DNA from: the human T2T-CHM13v2.0 reference genome, Homo sapiens
NCBI RefSeq assembly: GCF_009914755.1
Contig: NC_060932.1
Direction: 5' to 3' (one strand)
DNA length: 64,000 nt
Shown here piece by piece: positions 1 through 13,339 of the stretch; position 1 is the stretch's first letter, and each line of letters starts with the position of its first letter. The translations under genes and the position numbers were made by a program. The notes beneath the pieces are model-generated. The model was given only the letters and a program-made list of their open reading frames with translations, was not told the DNA's origin and did no database searches.

Positions 1-639
1 GACTTCTAAAGTATGAGGTCATTAGTACATAATGCATTGTTTTAAATATCAGCACTCTTTCTAAAGTCATGTCATATTATGAACACTAATTTTTATAACA
101 GGAGAAAAATATCATATTACATTCATGACTTTGAACTGTACATATAAATATTAATGAAGAGTCTCTCTGTTTTCTTCCATTCAGAAAAAAACAATATTTA
201 CTTTAATGCTACTTATTCAAAAAACAGGACATCATCATGTCACCCTCATCATCCAAAACATTTATTAAGCACACATATGATGCTTTTCTTTGGGGATTGT
301 CTAATTCAGGGCTCAAATTCTCTCACGGTGATAGCATATGATGCCAGAAAAAAAATAGTAAAAACACAGCCTACTCTGCAGATATTGTGTTTAGGCATAT
401 GCATCTCTCATATATTTGCACTATCTACACTTCCAAGCCTGGACCAAGCCCTTCATCATCATTATTACACCTATAGCCAGTGATTATGATATTTACATAT
501 CTTAAATGATCCTTTGAAAAGCATCAGCTAAGGAAATGACTATTTGTTTGAGTAAACTATCTAAAAGGGGAGTGGCTAATAACTGATGAAGTTATCCTAA
601 CTTTGATGCAATCTTTGACTTTATAGGGATCTCTGATCC

Positions 640-3085
640 ACCGACCACATCAATTTCGTATGATCTCTCAATTCCCTCCAGCTATAACTATCCTTCTTAT
701 CTAACACAGATTTCACAATTTATCATCATCTTCACTGTTTTTTCAAATATTCTCAAATTCTTGCCTTTTACTCTCATTATTTTCAAGGGAGAAAAGTTAA
801 AACTGGGATAATTCTTACTAGCTGTCTTCTTTTTAATATCACCAGACTTGGTGAAAAATAACACAACCAGCTCATTAGGTGCTGCATTCTCATTTCAAGA
901 TCAAATACCACCAATGAGCATTCAGTACAATTTGCCCTATTTCTTAACTTCCCAAAAGCCTAGCATTCCTAACCCCCTTCTCTTTTTTTAAACCACCTGC
1001 CCTTTCCCTGCCCTCACTTTCAATTGATGATTAATTCTAACCTTACACTCCACTGAAAAAGCAGAAGTCATCAAATGTGAATTTCCTCATCTTTTCTCAC
1101 CACCATAGAAATCTACTTATATCTCCAAGAATTTTTCTCCTTCTCTTTGCTACAAAAGAGACGGCATCCATGTTTATTGCACCAAACACCAGCCTCTTCT
1201 TTGCTGCAAGCCTCACCTCACCACCTTCTTCTGGTTTATTTTCAGTGTTCCTATATGCATACAACCAAGTCATAATGAGCCGTGTTCATGAGCAAAACAG
1301 CAAGGAATGCTCCCTTTTATCCCTAATATCCTGTAAATTCCACTTTATTCTTCGGACCTCTGTCTAAGCAAAATTTCTTAAACATGTTGTTTTGATTCAC
1401 TGAATCAATTTCCTCACGTGATATTAACTTTGACATACTCCAATCTGGTTTCCACCCCTTACATGTTATTAAACTATTCTTCCAAAACATCAATCACCTC
1501 CTTCTTGCTAAATAGAAAAGGAAATATTTTTTATTTATTTATTTTTTTTCGAGACAGAGTCTTGCTCTGTTTCCTAGCCTGGAGTGCTGCAGTGGTTCGA
1601 TCTTGGCTCACTACAACCTCCGCCTCCCGGGTTCAAGCGAGTCTCGTGCCTCAGTCTCCCAAGTAACTTGGATTACAGGCACCTGCCACCACTCCCGGCT
1701 AATTTTTGTATTTTTAGTAGAGACAGGGTTTCACCATGTTGGCCAGGTAGGTCTTGAACTCCTTACCTCAGGTGATACTCGTGCCTCAGCCTCCCAAAGT
1801 GCTGGGATTACAGGCGTGAACCACCGCATCCAGCTGGAAGTTTCTTAACTTTAATGTACTAAATCTTTTGTTTAAAGTGACCTGTCAACCATTCCCTTTT
1901 TCTTCAGAGTCCCCACTCTTTGATTCTGTGACACCACATTTTCCTGTCTTTTTCTCTGTTACTCCTGTGCATCTTCCCCTGGTTTCTATTTCTCTGTCTG
2001 CCTGTAAATGATTATATTCCTATGGATATGGACCTGGGTCCTCTTCTTTTCTACTCCTGTACTCTCTTCCTGATTAGCTCATCTAATTTCATAGTTTTCA
2101 ATGCTATTGCCTGGTAACAGTTCATATATTTATATTTCTACCCAGGATCTTTCTTCTGAGCTACAGGTTAACATATTAATATATTCAACTTGTCTAACAT
2201 TTCTAATTAGATATTTCACAGATATCTCAAACCTAGCTTGTTCAGAATGAAACACTTGATTCAGAACACTGTCCTTCAGTCAATCCACAGAGACATCATT
2301 TTCCATCTTAGAAAAGGATGGATACAATCATCTGTCCAGTTGTTAAAGTCAGGAACCCAACCATCACACTTCTCTATATCATTAATTTTACCTTCTAAAT
2401 GTCTCTTAAATCTGTTTACTTTGTGCCTCCATTCTAGTCTAGTTAACATCATGACTTACTCCTCCTCTCAAGAGTGATCATTTGACATAAAAATTGGATT
2501 ATAATACTCCCCAGCATAATAATTTACATTGTATTTATAATAAAATATGGAATTTTCCCTGGCTTTCCATAAAAATACATGCCACTTGGAGGGAATTTCA
2601 GTCTCACCACATTCCACAGTCTTCATGCTCCAACTCCATCTTTTTTTTCACCGTCTCCCAGGGCTCACTCTGCTCCAGCCACACTGACTTTCATTCATGT
2701 CCTCAATCCTGTTTCCCAGTTAACAGGGAATTTTCAAGCTGCACTGAGGACATTTCCACTTCCCTGAGCCCAGTCTCTGCAGTTTGTTTCATCTTATATA
2801 TCACATCTCACTTTACATATCCCTACATACCCTTTCTCCTACACGTGCTTTCTAAAATATATTTTCTTCATTTATTATCTATCTGAAAAACTTGTTTCCT
2901 TCAAAAACTTATCAAATCTATTATTTATTTAATATTTACTTCCTTTTGTTTTATTCTTTTTTATCATTTCAGTAGCCTACAAAAACTCAGTGCCACTATT
3001 ACATCACCTTTTTTCAACACAGTAATCCAGCCCACTTATTTCATATCTTATGTATGGTGGACACTTAATATTCATTAAATAAATG
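640..3085 (+). mobile_element. Ancient LINE-2 (L2a-like) 3' remnant, interrupted by an Alu
   Basis: Pyrimidine-rich degenerate matches to the L2 3' region (CTCCAATCTGGTTTCCACCCC..., GACACCACATTTTCCTG...) ending in an L2-type tail (GGACACTTAATATTCATTAAATAAATG). Boundaries approximate. Confidence 0.7.
1527..1835 (-). mobile_element. AluS (Sx/Sq-like), full length
   Basis: T-rich tail, then GAGACAGAGTCTTGCTCTG...GCCTCCCAAAGTGCTGGGATTACAGGCGTGAACCACC; dimeric Alu in reverse orientation. Confidence 0.95.
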
Positions 3086-3245
3086 GTTATTATCATTATA
3101 TGTTTGTGTACATACACACACACACATATATATGTATAAAATTAGAGTGTTCCATAAGGTGGAATGTTTTCACTGTTGGTATACAATATGATCTCAGATG
3201 GCACATGAAAAACCACGAAGCTTTTTTATCTTAAAAACATAAATA

Positions 3246-3545
3246 GGTGAGGCTTGCTGGCTTACACCTGTAATCCCAACACTTTGGGAGGCCAAGAAGG
3301 GAGGACTGCTTGAACCCAGCAGTTTGAGACCACCCTGGGCAACATAGTAAGATTCCATTTCTAAAATTTAAAAGAAAAAAAGAGATAACTGGTGCCTGTA
3401 GTCCCAGCCACCATTTTGGTTGGCTGAGGTGGGAGGATCACTTGAGCCTGTGAGGTTGAGGCTACAGTGAGCCATGGTCATACCATTATATTCCAGCCTG
3501 GGTGACAGAGCAAGACCATATTACAAAAATAAATAAATAAATATA
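3246..3545 (+). mobile_element. AluJ, diverged
   Basis: CCTGTAATCCCAACACTTTGGGAGG...GGGAGGATCACTTGAGCC...CCAGCCTGGGTGACAGAGCAAGACC followed by an (AAAT)n tail; J-type diagnostics. Confidence 0.9.
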
Positions 3546-4196
3546 AAACTTTATTATATTATAAATTACATTTTCTATAAATATTTGTATTACGTAATAA
3601 ATTATATATTACATGGGTAAATTATAATAAGTATTTATTTTCACATGCTTAGAAAATATAGACCAGTTCTGAAACCTACAACTTTTCAGATAATATGCAT
3701 GGGACATCACTAAATATTATCACCCAATTTGAGGGAAAATATTGGATATGTTATAATATAGGTGAGAAATAGCCATATGCAAGCTTTGAGAGTAGCTTAT
3801 ACATTTTTGAAATATGAGAACACTGGTGTAAGATAAGCTGAAAACTTGATGTTGTAGTAAATCTGCTTACCTGAGGAAAAAGTGGAAAATTAAAAGGCTA
3901 GTGCACAGTTATTAACCTGCTCTGGTAGATTGTATTATTATGCACAAATCCTCACTGTCCATCCCAGGAGGAGAATTACATTTCCCACTCCATATCTGTC
4001 ATGCTTGGCCATTTGACTTACTTTGAAAAATGAATGTGAGCATAGGTTATGGGTTTAGAAGAAGCTGTCAAGGCCAGAACATGGCTAGCAGGCTCTCTTT
4101 TTACCCTTTGTTACAGAAACCAGCAATGTTCCAGACGGAGGTTGATCTGTGAGCTTAAGTTCCAAAATGAAGTTAAAAGGGAAGAGTGCTATAACT

Positions 4197-4798
4197 TGTG
4201 AAGGGTCTAAAATTTTCTTCTACTTACAAGCTAACAAGGAAGCCTGTCACAGTTTTATGGGTGTTGGCAAAAAATACATAAATAAATAAAGCAAAGATGT
4301 TGTATTACAGACAAAGGAATGTATTACTCTGCAGAAATAGACAATCTTTTAAAGATAGACCTCTTCTGAACTTAATGCTTCATGGAATAAGTACTGTGGT
4401 TCACATATGTCAAACAGACATTTCCTAGAGTTGCAAAATCAATATGACATTCTAATTAAATAATGCCTAAAAAAAAAACTAAGCTCCATGGGCTTAATTT
4501 ATTACAGTAATAACAATAGCTAGAGTATCATTATTTGCCCCTGTTCCCCGAGCTTCAATTCTTACAGGGCAGCAAAAAGGCGGCCAGGGGTACCTGCATA
4601 TGGAGTGGGGTGCTTTACAGGTAAGGAACCAACTAGCGTAGGGAACCCAAAACTTTTTAATGGGTAGCAACGCTGGCCAACATTTGCCCTGGAGAAAAAC
4701 AGTGTCGTTATACTGTTCTTTCCTTGAAAAGACACAATTAGTGCTTGTTGCAAGACATGCAGAAATGCAAAAGACCCTTGAGCAATAGTTACCTAACA
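4197..4798 (-). mobile_element. ERVL solo LTR (LTR40-like) carrying a foreign insertion at 4327-4492
   Basis: Minus strand starts TGTTAGG and ends ...GTTAGCTTGTAAGTAGAAGAAAATTTTAGACCCTTCACA, resembling the LTR40 3' end; TG...CA termini. Confidence 0.6.
4327..4492 (+). repeat. Dispersed direct repeat A, copy 1 (copy 2 at 7182-7353)
   Basis: Hand alignment gives about 20 mismatches over ~146 bp against 7182-7327, plus a shared terminal CTCCATGGG. Confidence 0.95.
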
Positions 4799-5583
4799 CA
4801 GTCAAACAACAATAGATACGTAGCATGAGTGAGAATTAAATTCTCATTATTGTATACCTCTGAGATTTGGGGCTTATTTATTACCATAATATAATCTAGA
4901 CTATTCTAAATAGTATATCCACATCTGTTGATTTTATAGGAATCTAGATATGAAATTCAGAAATTCCTTAAACTTCCAGAACTATAGGGAAAAATTGCAC
5001 ATATATAAAAAGTACATACAAACACATTCTTCTTTGGCTAGAAAGCTTGTGACACATTTATGAGATTTTAAAGAGTCTATAACCCAAACAATTCTAAAAT
5101 AGGCCAAAAAATGTATTTTACAGCTCCAATGTATAGATATTTTGACTTTCCATTAATGTCTAAGCAGAAAGAAAGTATTTTTTTAAACACAAAAGGAAAT
5201 ATACATATATGTGCCAGGAAGACGGAAAGTCCAGATGGAAAATTGGTATTTTTCCTATTAATAAAATTATTATTTTCTGATTATAATATTTGATATGATA
5301 TAAGAATATTTTCTTATATCCAAGAACCCCCCCAAAAGTTTAGATGTTATGTTTGGAATATGAATGTTTCTTCAACTTCTTACATAATATTTGCTTGGAC
5401 TGTATTTTTCTCTTGGTAAAATATTTGAGATCACGCACACTGCTTATAAAATAAAATGACTGAAACAGAGAAATATAAGCCAGGCATTCTATATAGTCAT
5501 ACAAGACAACCAATTTTCTTTTAAATTTTCTTTAATTACAGTCAGATTTCTCACTGAAATGGCACTGAGTAGAAGGATTTCTC

Positions 5584-5692
5584 TTTTTTTTATTATTATA
5601 CTTTAAGTTCTAGGGTACATGTGCACAATGTGCAGGTTTTTTACATATGTATACATGTGCCATGTTGGTGTGCTGCAGCCATTAACTCATCT
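5584..5692 (-). mobile_element. Severely 5'-truncated L1PA (~110 bp of 3' end) with TSD
   Basis: TTATTATACTTTAAGTTCTAGGGTACATGTGCACAATGTGCAGG is the L1PA 3' end; TSD GGATT(T/C)CTCTTT at 5575-5586 and 5693-5704. Confidence 0.92.
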
Positions 5693-5815
5693 GGATTCCT
5701 CTTTAAATCTGGAAGTATTTCAATCAAATTAAGAAGTCAAATAATAGCACCCATAAGATAAATATATGTGGTTGATAAATGCTTTTACTTACTGACCTTC
5801 AATTTAGAATTTTGA

Positions 5816-5866
5816 TGTGCGTGTGTGTGTGTGTGTGTGCGTGTGTGAGAGAGAGAGAGGAGAGAG
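5816..5866. repeat. (TG)n(GA)n compound microsatellite
   Basis: Direct inspection. Confidence 0.95.
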
Positions 5867-6324
5867 ATTAAGAGAATACATTTTAAACTCTTAAGTCAAA
5901 AAGAGAAAATTTACTTATTAGTGTATTAGTGCTCCAGGCTCCAGTGGTAGCCAAGCCATCTAAATCAGGGATTGAGTTAAGAGGGCCCACAATTAGGAGA
6001 GGGGCAGACAACAGAGTGAATCTCAGAGTTAAAGGGACAAGTCAAGTCAAAGTTTATTAGAAAATGCAGAGACTGAAATTCCATACAGACATGCATTAAG
6101 TGAGGACGAAGGGCCAGAGGGAAGATTGACATCAGGGTAACCAGGCAAGCTTCAGCTCCCACTGTTTTCAGGTAGACGGTTTGGAGCTAGGGCAGTCACT
6201 GCCTCTGTGAAGGGAGACCAGAGATGTTTTCTAAAACAGCCCTTGACGCTAGTTCTTAATCCTCCTGGTGGGTGGGTTTTGCCCTCAGTTTGAAGCACCA
6301 AAACCATGGAAATTGGGGTAGATC

Positions 6325-6760
6325 AAGAGTCCTTAATATGGAGTCTTAGAATTTGGAAAAAATATTTACTTTTATAAATTTCTAACTGAAACTGAGCATT
6401 TTATTCAAAATAAATGTAGGCAAAAACCATAAAAGTATTAGTATTAACTGTACTGGTGTCTTTATTAGCAGAAGAAATCAGATATTTTTGTATCACATTA
6501 TAGTTGTTGCATCTATTTTGAAATATCTTTTATATTCATGACTACTTAAAATGATGACAATTAAACTCATGACTTCATATTAATTTACAAATAAGCATAA
6601 ATATTATCAAAGGTGATTAATCATAATAACTTTTATGATGGGTTTTCATTGTAACTTTGCAATATTTCATTTTACTAATTTAACATTTACATTCTAAGAA
6701 GACGCTCATGGCTTCACGAGACTATCGTGATACAAAAAAAATAAAAAGGTTAAGAACCTT
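6325..6760. mobile_element. hAT-Charlie DNA transposon remnant (MER119-like)
   Basis: TCTAACTGAAACTGAGCATTT...ATCACATTATAGTTGTTGCA...CATGGCTTCAC...AAAAAGGTTAAGAACC resembles a Charlie-family non-autonomous element. Confidence 0.55.
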
Positions 6761-7181
6761 TTATATAGATGTGCAAAGTTTCAGACTGTTCAAAAGTCTT
6801 TACAGTTTTAGTAATGGGATTGTTTTACCTTCTTAATGCATAAGAAAAAGCATCTAAATATTCATTAGTAGTTTAAAATTAACTGCATTTTGGTAAATGT
6901 TGAAAATTCTGAATTTATTTTTTGTCAAAGGAACATGTTATTTTTGTGTATGCACAAATATATCAGTAATGACAATTTCAAAATCAATGACAATGTGCAC
7001 AGTGTCCATAATTATATCAATATCCTGGATGGGAAGAACTTTGGATCAGGAATTCAATATTCAGCAGGCCCCACACTAACTATAACAAATATTTTTAACT
7101 ACATACTTAACTTATAGGCTGCTTTAAGTGCTATATCGTGTCATTTCATAAAGACCAGCAGCTTTACCAAGGCTACCTTTC

Positions 7182-7353
7182 CTTTGCAAAAATAGGCAAT
7201 CTCTTTAAGACAGACCTCTTCAAAACTTAATGCTTCACGGAATAAGTACTGTTGTTCACATATGTCAAATAGACATTTCCCGGAGTCACAAGATTAATAT
7301 GGCCTTCTAATTACATAATGCCTAAAACATAATGCCTATAACGTCTCCATGGG
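7182..7353 (+). repeat. Dispersed direct repeat A, copy 2 (probable donor)
   Basis: Matches 4327-4492 and contains an internal tandem CATAATGCCTA x2. Confidence 0.95.
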
Positions 7354-10300
7354 AAAAACCTGGTTGAAGACTCTGCTAAACGTTATCTATTACCTGAAAT
7401 TTAAGAATTCCATAACAATGAAAAACTGCATCTCAGATCAGTAAGTCAGGTCTCTGTTGCACCAGATTCTCCATGTTGTTAAATTAAAAATTGCTCCTCA
7501 GAAATGCCATGATCCAGAATATTTGCATATTGACCTGGATGAGCAATCAAAATCATCAAAGAAAGGATGAAAAACGAATTTTAAGAAAACATTTGCAACA
7601 TTTTCTTTCTAAAATTGACAAAAACCCATTTTATCCAAATGAAAGGCCTCAAAATGTGTTAACAAAGAAGGGTGGAGTGAAATGCAGTTAATGTATCTAA
7701 AATTATAAAATTGCTTTTAAAAGTGCCTTTCTCGTTACATCAAAATGCAATTTTCAAGATAGAGACATTGTAACATGACTCTTTGTGCTGTGCTGTGTGT
7801 ACAATAAAGAAAGCAAAAATAATCCCTTCCCCTGACGACCTCTAGAAATGAAAACCCATTACAGTAATATTTGTACTTAGGTCTTGATATTTTTGTGCTG
7901 AATTTGAATGCCATGAAATGATTATATATAGTGGTTGATGGGGACATATGTGCAGATAATTACATAAATAATCTTCTTTACTTAGGTGCAAGGTAACTTT
8001 TTAGATTGGGTAAAACTAGTTGTAACCTAATAAAGCTCTTTAATACTTTTCCATACTGCTAAAGCATGAATTTTAGTATCCCAAAGATCAGTTAGGGATA
8101 TTTCACTTTTCACTGGGATCCAAGGACAGAATTTGATAAGCCCTGCAATTTCATGACCATTGGCCAGATGCCTATCCTCAAGATACAAGCATCTACTTGG
8201 CTCGTTAGCATCCTTAAAAATGTCAAGGATCTTATAGTGTTGCTCTGCTCTGAAAAGGAAGGTAACCTACAAAATTATGAAGACAGTCTTTACAAAAATA
8301 ATGTTTAAAAACCAAGGTACGTGTCTCACATATAAGAAAGAATTCTCCCTGGAACCGAAATACTAAACTATCTTTGTTGACCCACCTAAGTTATCCTCCC
8401 ATTTTTCTTTAGCCATGACAACTTTCATTTCGACCTGTGAAATGAAAGTTTCTTAAGATTTTTCACACAATATGTAGAAAAAAATACTACCTTGTTGCCT
8501 TCACTTTCTTCGTTGTTCCTTCTTTTTATCTCACTGCAAATTAGCTTGAATGCCTTCATTTGCCAAGAATGCTTACTTTAAAAGTCACCAATTATTTCTT
8601 AGTAGGATACACTGTCTTGGGAGGATTCATTAGTAGGATACATTAGTCTACTTGGCAGCTACTTGCACTTAAACCTCTCACTTTCTTAAAATTAAGTAGT
8701 TATTTAATGAATAAACAAATGAATATTTATACTCTCCTGGTTTACCTTCTCTGTTTTTAAGTGCTTCTTCTCTGCCATCTGATGCATACACACAGTTTTA
8801 TTTTCTGCCTTACTAGATGATTCTTAATTATCTTACTGTTTTCTCTACAGTACTCTTTACCAAATTCTAGATCTTGATGTTCAAATGCCTGTTAAAAATT
8901 CCCTATACAATTTCATCACCAATAGATTAAATTCAGTATGTCTCCTGGTCATCACATTTTCTATTTTGGTTTGTATCATTTATATCTCAGTTATTGAAGC
9001 TCAACATCTCAGTTTTTGTCAGAACTTCTTACTTTTCAATTGGACATAGAGTCTTGAAGTTTCTGCCTCTGTATTTTGTCTTGTGTTTATTTCACTGACA
9101 ACACTATGGTTCACATCAACAGTACATTTTCTCTGAGCCTTCTAAGCACGGAATTACAGGCTTAGTTTTCCCCCTGATGCAAAACACGATGTATAGCATA
9201 CTGTAATTGTTCCATAGAAAGTGTATAAAACTAGTGAATTTTCCTGCATAATCTCACCCCTTTCCAAACCACCTCTAATGAATTTTTCTTACTGAAAAGA
9301 AGCTTTGACAATGTCCTACTCCAGCTAAAATGAAAACAGAACATTGCAATACTTCTGCATTACTTAATCAACAAAATCCCAAACTCTTTTGTCTAATATG
9401 CCACAATTTTTTCCAACACTAACCTTCTTTTCTGAACCCTAATCCCATTTGTTTTGCTCCTCATTCTGGAATTCTGCTGTTAGCTTATTCAATATTTCAG
9501 TCCTCACTAAGACTAGAACTCTTACCTAACTCTTGCCAATCTGCTTTCCAGAGATTAGGACTTTGATTCTTTCTCTAAGGCAGTGAGTTAAAGTTTGTAC
9601 AATTCCTAAGAAAAAAATGCACGGCTAGAATGAACTCCCTAAAAAACAATGGGCATTCCTGTTATCTCCCTTTGTAAATTTCTTTCTTTTCATATGCATC
9701 ATGACCAGAAATTACCATGAATTTTGAACATCAAAGTGTATTTGTCCACCAAATTGAACTTTGCTTTCAATAAAAGGAATGGGTTTCCCCCAAGAAGGTG
9801 AATCTGATACCAGATCTAACCTCTACTCTGCTTACTGTTATTGATTGACTATGTCTGCAAATATTTTTTCTGTAAAAATATTCTAGATTCTAGAATATGT
9901 TTTATTTTATTCTTATAACAAATATGGCAAGCTTCTACGTGTTGTTATCTATTTCTTATAAACCCATGGGACTATCACCTTATTAAGGAAAAGGAGTATG
10001 TTTTATATTTTATTGAATCATTCACTATAATTTGTACATTATCTTATATAAGGAGGGCACTCAAATATTTATCAAATGAGTTTTATACTCCATTCATTAT
10101 CCCTTTTCACCTCATGACACCACAGTAGGGTTGAAACTGTCTTTTTGGCTCTTGACTTAAAGAGAAATTAGGGACAGCTATTCTGGTCATGATTGGTTCA
10201 TAACTGAAAATATGTCCTAAAATAACCTGATATTAAAAAATGAAGATTCAGAGTTCTTGAAGGTCACAGAGAAGATTGAGAATTATTGATAAACTTTAAC

Positions 10301-10825
10301 ATTTTGGTCAGTTTTAAGAATAAATTTGTCTTTTATCGGACATTGCCCAATAATATATTTTAAATTGGGGAGATTTTTACACATGGGCAAACACAATCAA
10401 CAAATTCTCTACTTTTCTTGAAAAACAAGAATCATGAAATTTTAGAAATGGAATAATATTTTGCAATGATAGCTCAAACTTTTCATTTTGCCAAAGAGAA
10501 AACTAACACAGAGAAACCTGGACTCCCAAGACCAAAAAGAGCCAGAATTTCAACAGCTATAAGGAGAACTGAGTGGGATTCCTAGTCAGGAGGGAAAGTA
10601 CTTTGAGAGAAGGCCTTGAAATACATGTTGTTAATTTCTCCCTGATCACCATTCTTCTGTTTTTTCTACTAGCTGCACATGATCACTAATCTAAAGACTA
10701 CATTGTGAAGGGTCCCCTAAAATAGGTATGGCAATGAGATTAAATTGCTTGGGCTTCTTCTCTTCCTGTTTTCATACCTTCCCACCAGTTGGGATCCAGA
10801 TATGGTTTAAACTGAAAAGGTTAAG

Positions 10826-11148
10826 CAGAGTTTCCCAATCCCTGGGCTGTGAATCGGTGCCTGTCCATGGCCTGTTAGGAACTAGACCACACAGCAGGAG
10901 GTGATCAGAGGGCAAGGGAGCTTCACCTCCTCTCATTAGATTCTCACAGGAGCACCAAACCTACTGTCAATGCACATGTGAAGGATCTAGGTTGCACACT
11001 CCTTATGAGAATCTAATTAATGCCTGATGATCCAGGGTGGAACAGTTTCATCCCAAAACCATTCCCATCCCACCTCCACCACCCTGTCCGTGGAAAAATT
11101 GTCTTCCATGAAACCAGTCCCTGGTGCCAAAAGGGTTGGGCACAACTG
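10826..11148 (+). mobile_element. MER1B (hAT-Charlie) DNA transposon
   Basis: CAG...CTG termini; CCATGGCCTGTTAGGAAC...CAGCAGGAGGTGA; ATTAGATTCTCA; CCGTGGAAAAATTGTCTTCCATGAAACCAGTCCCTGGTGCCAAAAGGGTTGGG; flanked by GGTTAAG/GGTTAAA. Confidence 0.9.
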
Positions 11149-11154
11149 GGTTAA

Positions 11155-11340
11155 AACAACAAGATAGAAGGAAACAGGGAGCCTCTATGAGCTTACGGAG
11201 GATAGCTGCCTACTTGCCCTGAATTGCCTTCCTATACCTGGATTATTGCATGAGGAATAATATTCTGAATGTTTGAAACATTGTATTTTTGGATGTCTTT
11301 TTATTGCAGCATAGTCTGTGCCCTAATATGCCCTCAGACC
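11155..11340 (+). mobile_element. MLT1 (MLT1J-like) LTR 3' fragment
   Basis: AAGATAGAAGGAA...GAGC...GCTGCC...ACCTGGATTATTGCATGAG...TTTTATTGCAGC pattern. Confidence 0.5.
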
Positions 11341-12320
11341 AGCTATCTGGATACATAGAACATAGAATTTTTGTGGTAAATGAGACCTTAAAGAATTCCT
11401 GATCCAACCACTTACCTGCTTGCTGATAGATACACAATTAGGCAATTTCATTGAGCAGTTGCAACCTACAATTCAAGAGAAATATCTTGGCAACTGTTTA
11501 TCTTATCATTAACTTACCAAGCTTTCCTTCACTAAAGCATCATGTTAAAAATATATGCCTATGAGAGCAGCAAACTAAAGAGTATGTCACTTAGAGAGAA
11601 ATTTATGCTGTAGCAATACATACTGTTCCTCTGAAGCATATATAACTTTTTTTCTCCAAAATTAACTTATTACTTATGTTCTTATAACTATTTATTTATT
11701 CAAACATGGGATCTCAAATAGCTAATGAGTAACTAATTGCTACGTAACAGGAACTGTGCTTGGAAAATATTCTTGTCCTCATGTTTGATTTAAAAAAACC
11801 AAAGTTATTAAAAATAATTAAATTAGCAAGTCTAGTCAACATTACTAAGGCAAAGGACATACTTGTATTGGGGTGTTAAACAGGAGGACCTAACATAATT
11901 TGGCGTTGAGAATGCTAAACTTTTTGTTTTGAACTTATTTTTATATATAATCTGTTATAATGGTAAAATTCTGTTAATTTTGGCTGATCAATAAAATTTT
12001 GAGGGCATGAGGAGGAGTGTAAAGCGAGACATCATTTTTCGTGTTGTTGTGAAAATAATCCTAGTGATGGAGAAAAATAACAGAAGAATTTCATGCACCC
12101 TCTTTATGTGTAGGACAGAACAGGGAGGAATCATCGAACCACAACCAAAAGTGAAAGAGAAGAACAAACAAAAGAAGTTTTTAGCTGTCTATCCAGAGAA
12201 TAATGCCTCTTTCCACCTGACCCTATCTAAGTTAAATAAGCATAACTATATAACTATATAATGCTTTGAGTGTGTGATTGTCATAACTTTGAGTTTTAGG
12301 ATTATAGAAACAATAAAATA

Positions 12321-12412
12321 TTGTGTGTATGCATTGCGTGTGATGCATTGTGTGTGTATGCATTGTGTGTGTGTGTGACGCATTGTGTGTGTATGCATTG
12401 TGTGTGAATGAA
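12321..12412. repeat. Interrupted (TG)n minisatellite, ~13-17 bp unit TGTGTGT(A)TGCAT
   Basis: About six imperfect units, each punctuated by ATGCAT/ACGCAT. Confidence 0.85.
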
Positions 12413-13339
12413 TCTTACATAGGATATATCCATTGTGATACAGAAAACTAATTTTATAGATTAAAAATTGATTTCAATAATTTGAAATAACTTATAATAA
12501 TGAGTTTCATAGTACTAGATGTGAGAATTCAGTGAAGGCACTGAATTAGAATGTGACTAAAGGCATATATTGCCTACATGTTGGTTTGAACATTGCAACT
12601 CTACTTATTGCTAAGGCAATAGCAATAATAATAATAATAAAGCAGAGAGGAAGAAACAAGTCATTAGTCCTTCATGGTTGTCCCTTTAAATTCACGATGT
12701 GTGTACTGTAGGATGGTCTGTAAAAATGAAAGAGAAGACAGATGGCAAGGCAGAACCCAGCATAAGTTTGGATGGTATCCACCAGGAGGAAAATGCTTTA
12801 TAATTGGTAAATACTATAATCAAATATGTTAATTCACATTACAAGGATTTAGAAGTCAAGGCCCATCTGTGTGAAACAAATATCGCCAATAAATATGTTT
12901 TCCCACTTGTGTTATCAGAGGATCAAATAGTAATTTCAACCACAGTTCAAAGATAAGCCATATGTTAAAAGGTCTCTCACATCTCAAGGGCAGTAGCGTG
13001 TTATGTAGTCATATTTTCAGAAATAATAGGGAAGTTGCTTTCAAGCAATTGTTCATTATTTCCTATTTTCCTTTTCACAGTCTTTTAACTGATCTTATGT
13101 GTGTGGTTCTATCTGTTAGTTCACCATAGTTTCAGAGGTACCATTGAATCTCTCTAGAATGTCATTGTTATTCATAGTTTCTGATTTATAAAGAGTGCAA
13201 ATGGGATTGATGTATTCTGTCCCCACATCAGGCTCTGCCCTTCTTTATTTCCCTTTAAAACATTTCTGGAAGCTTATGAAATCTACAATTATTCCTCTTT
13301 GGGCACTTTACAATACAACTAAAAGTATATTTTGAAATA

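Larger units (their letters stand above)
3922..4910 (+). mobile_element. MaLR LTR (MLT1-family) split by a nested LTR
   Basis: MLT1-like motifs at 3925-4190 (TTGGCCATTTGACTTACTTTG...AATGAATGTGAGC) resume at 4810-4905 (GTAGCATGAGTGAGAATTAAA...CTCTGAGATTTGGGG...TATTACCATAA). Confidence 0.6.

Noticed and set aside
1418-1848. Alu-derived ORFs (also 24785-25081, 26356-26720, 60919-61266)
   Set aside because: Typical Alu translation artefacts.
5297-5320. Inverted repeat GATATAAGAA-TATT-TTCTTATATC
   Set aside because: A 10-bp AT-rich stem is plausible by chance in 64 kb of AT-rich DNA; no supporting context.
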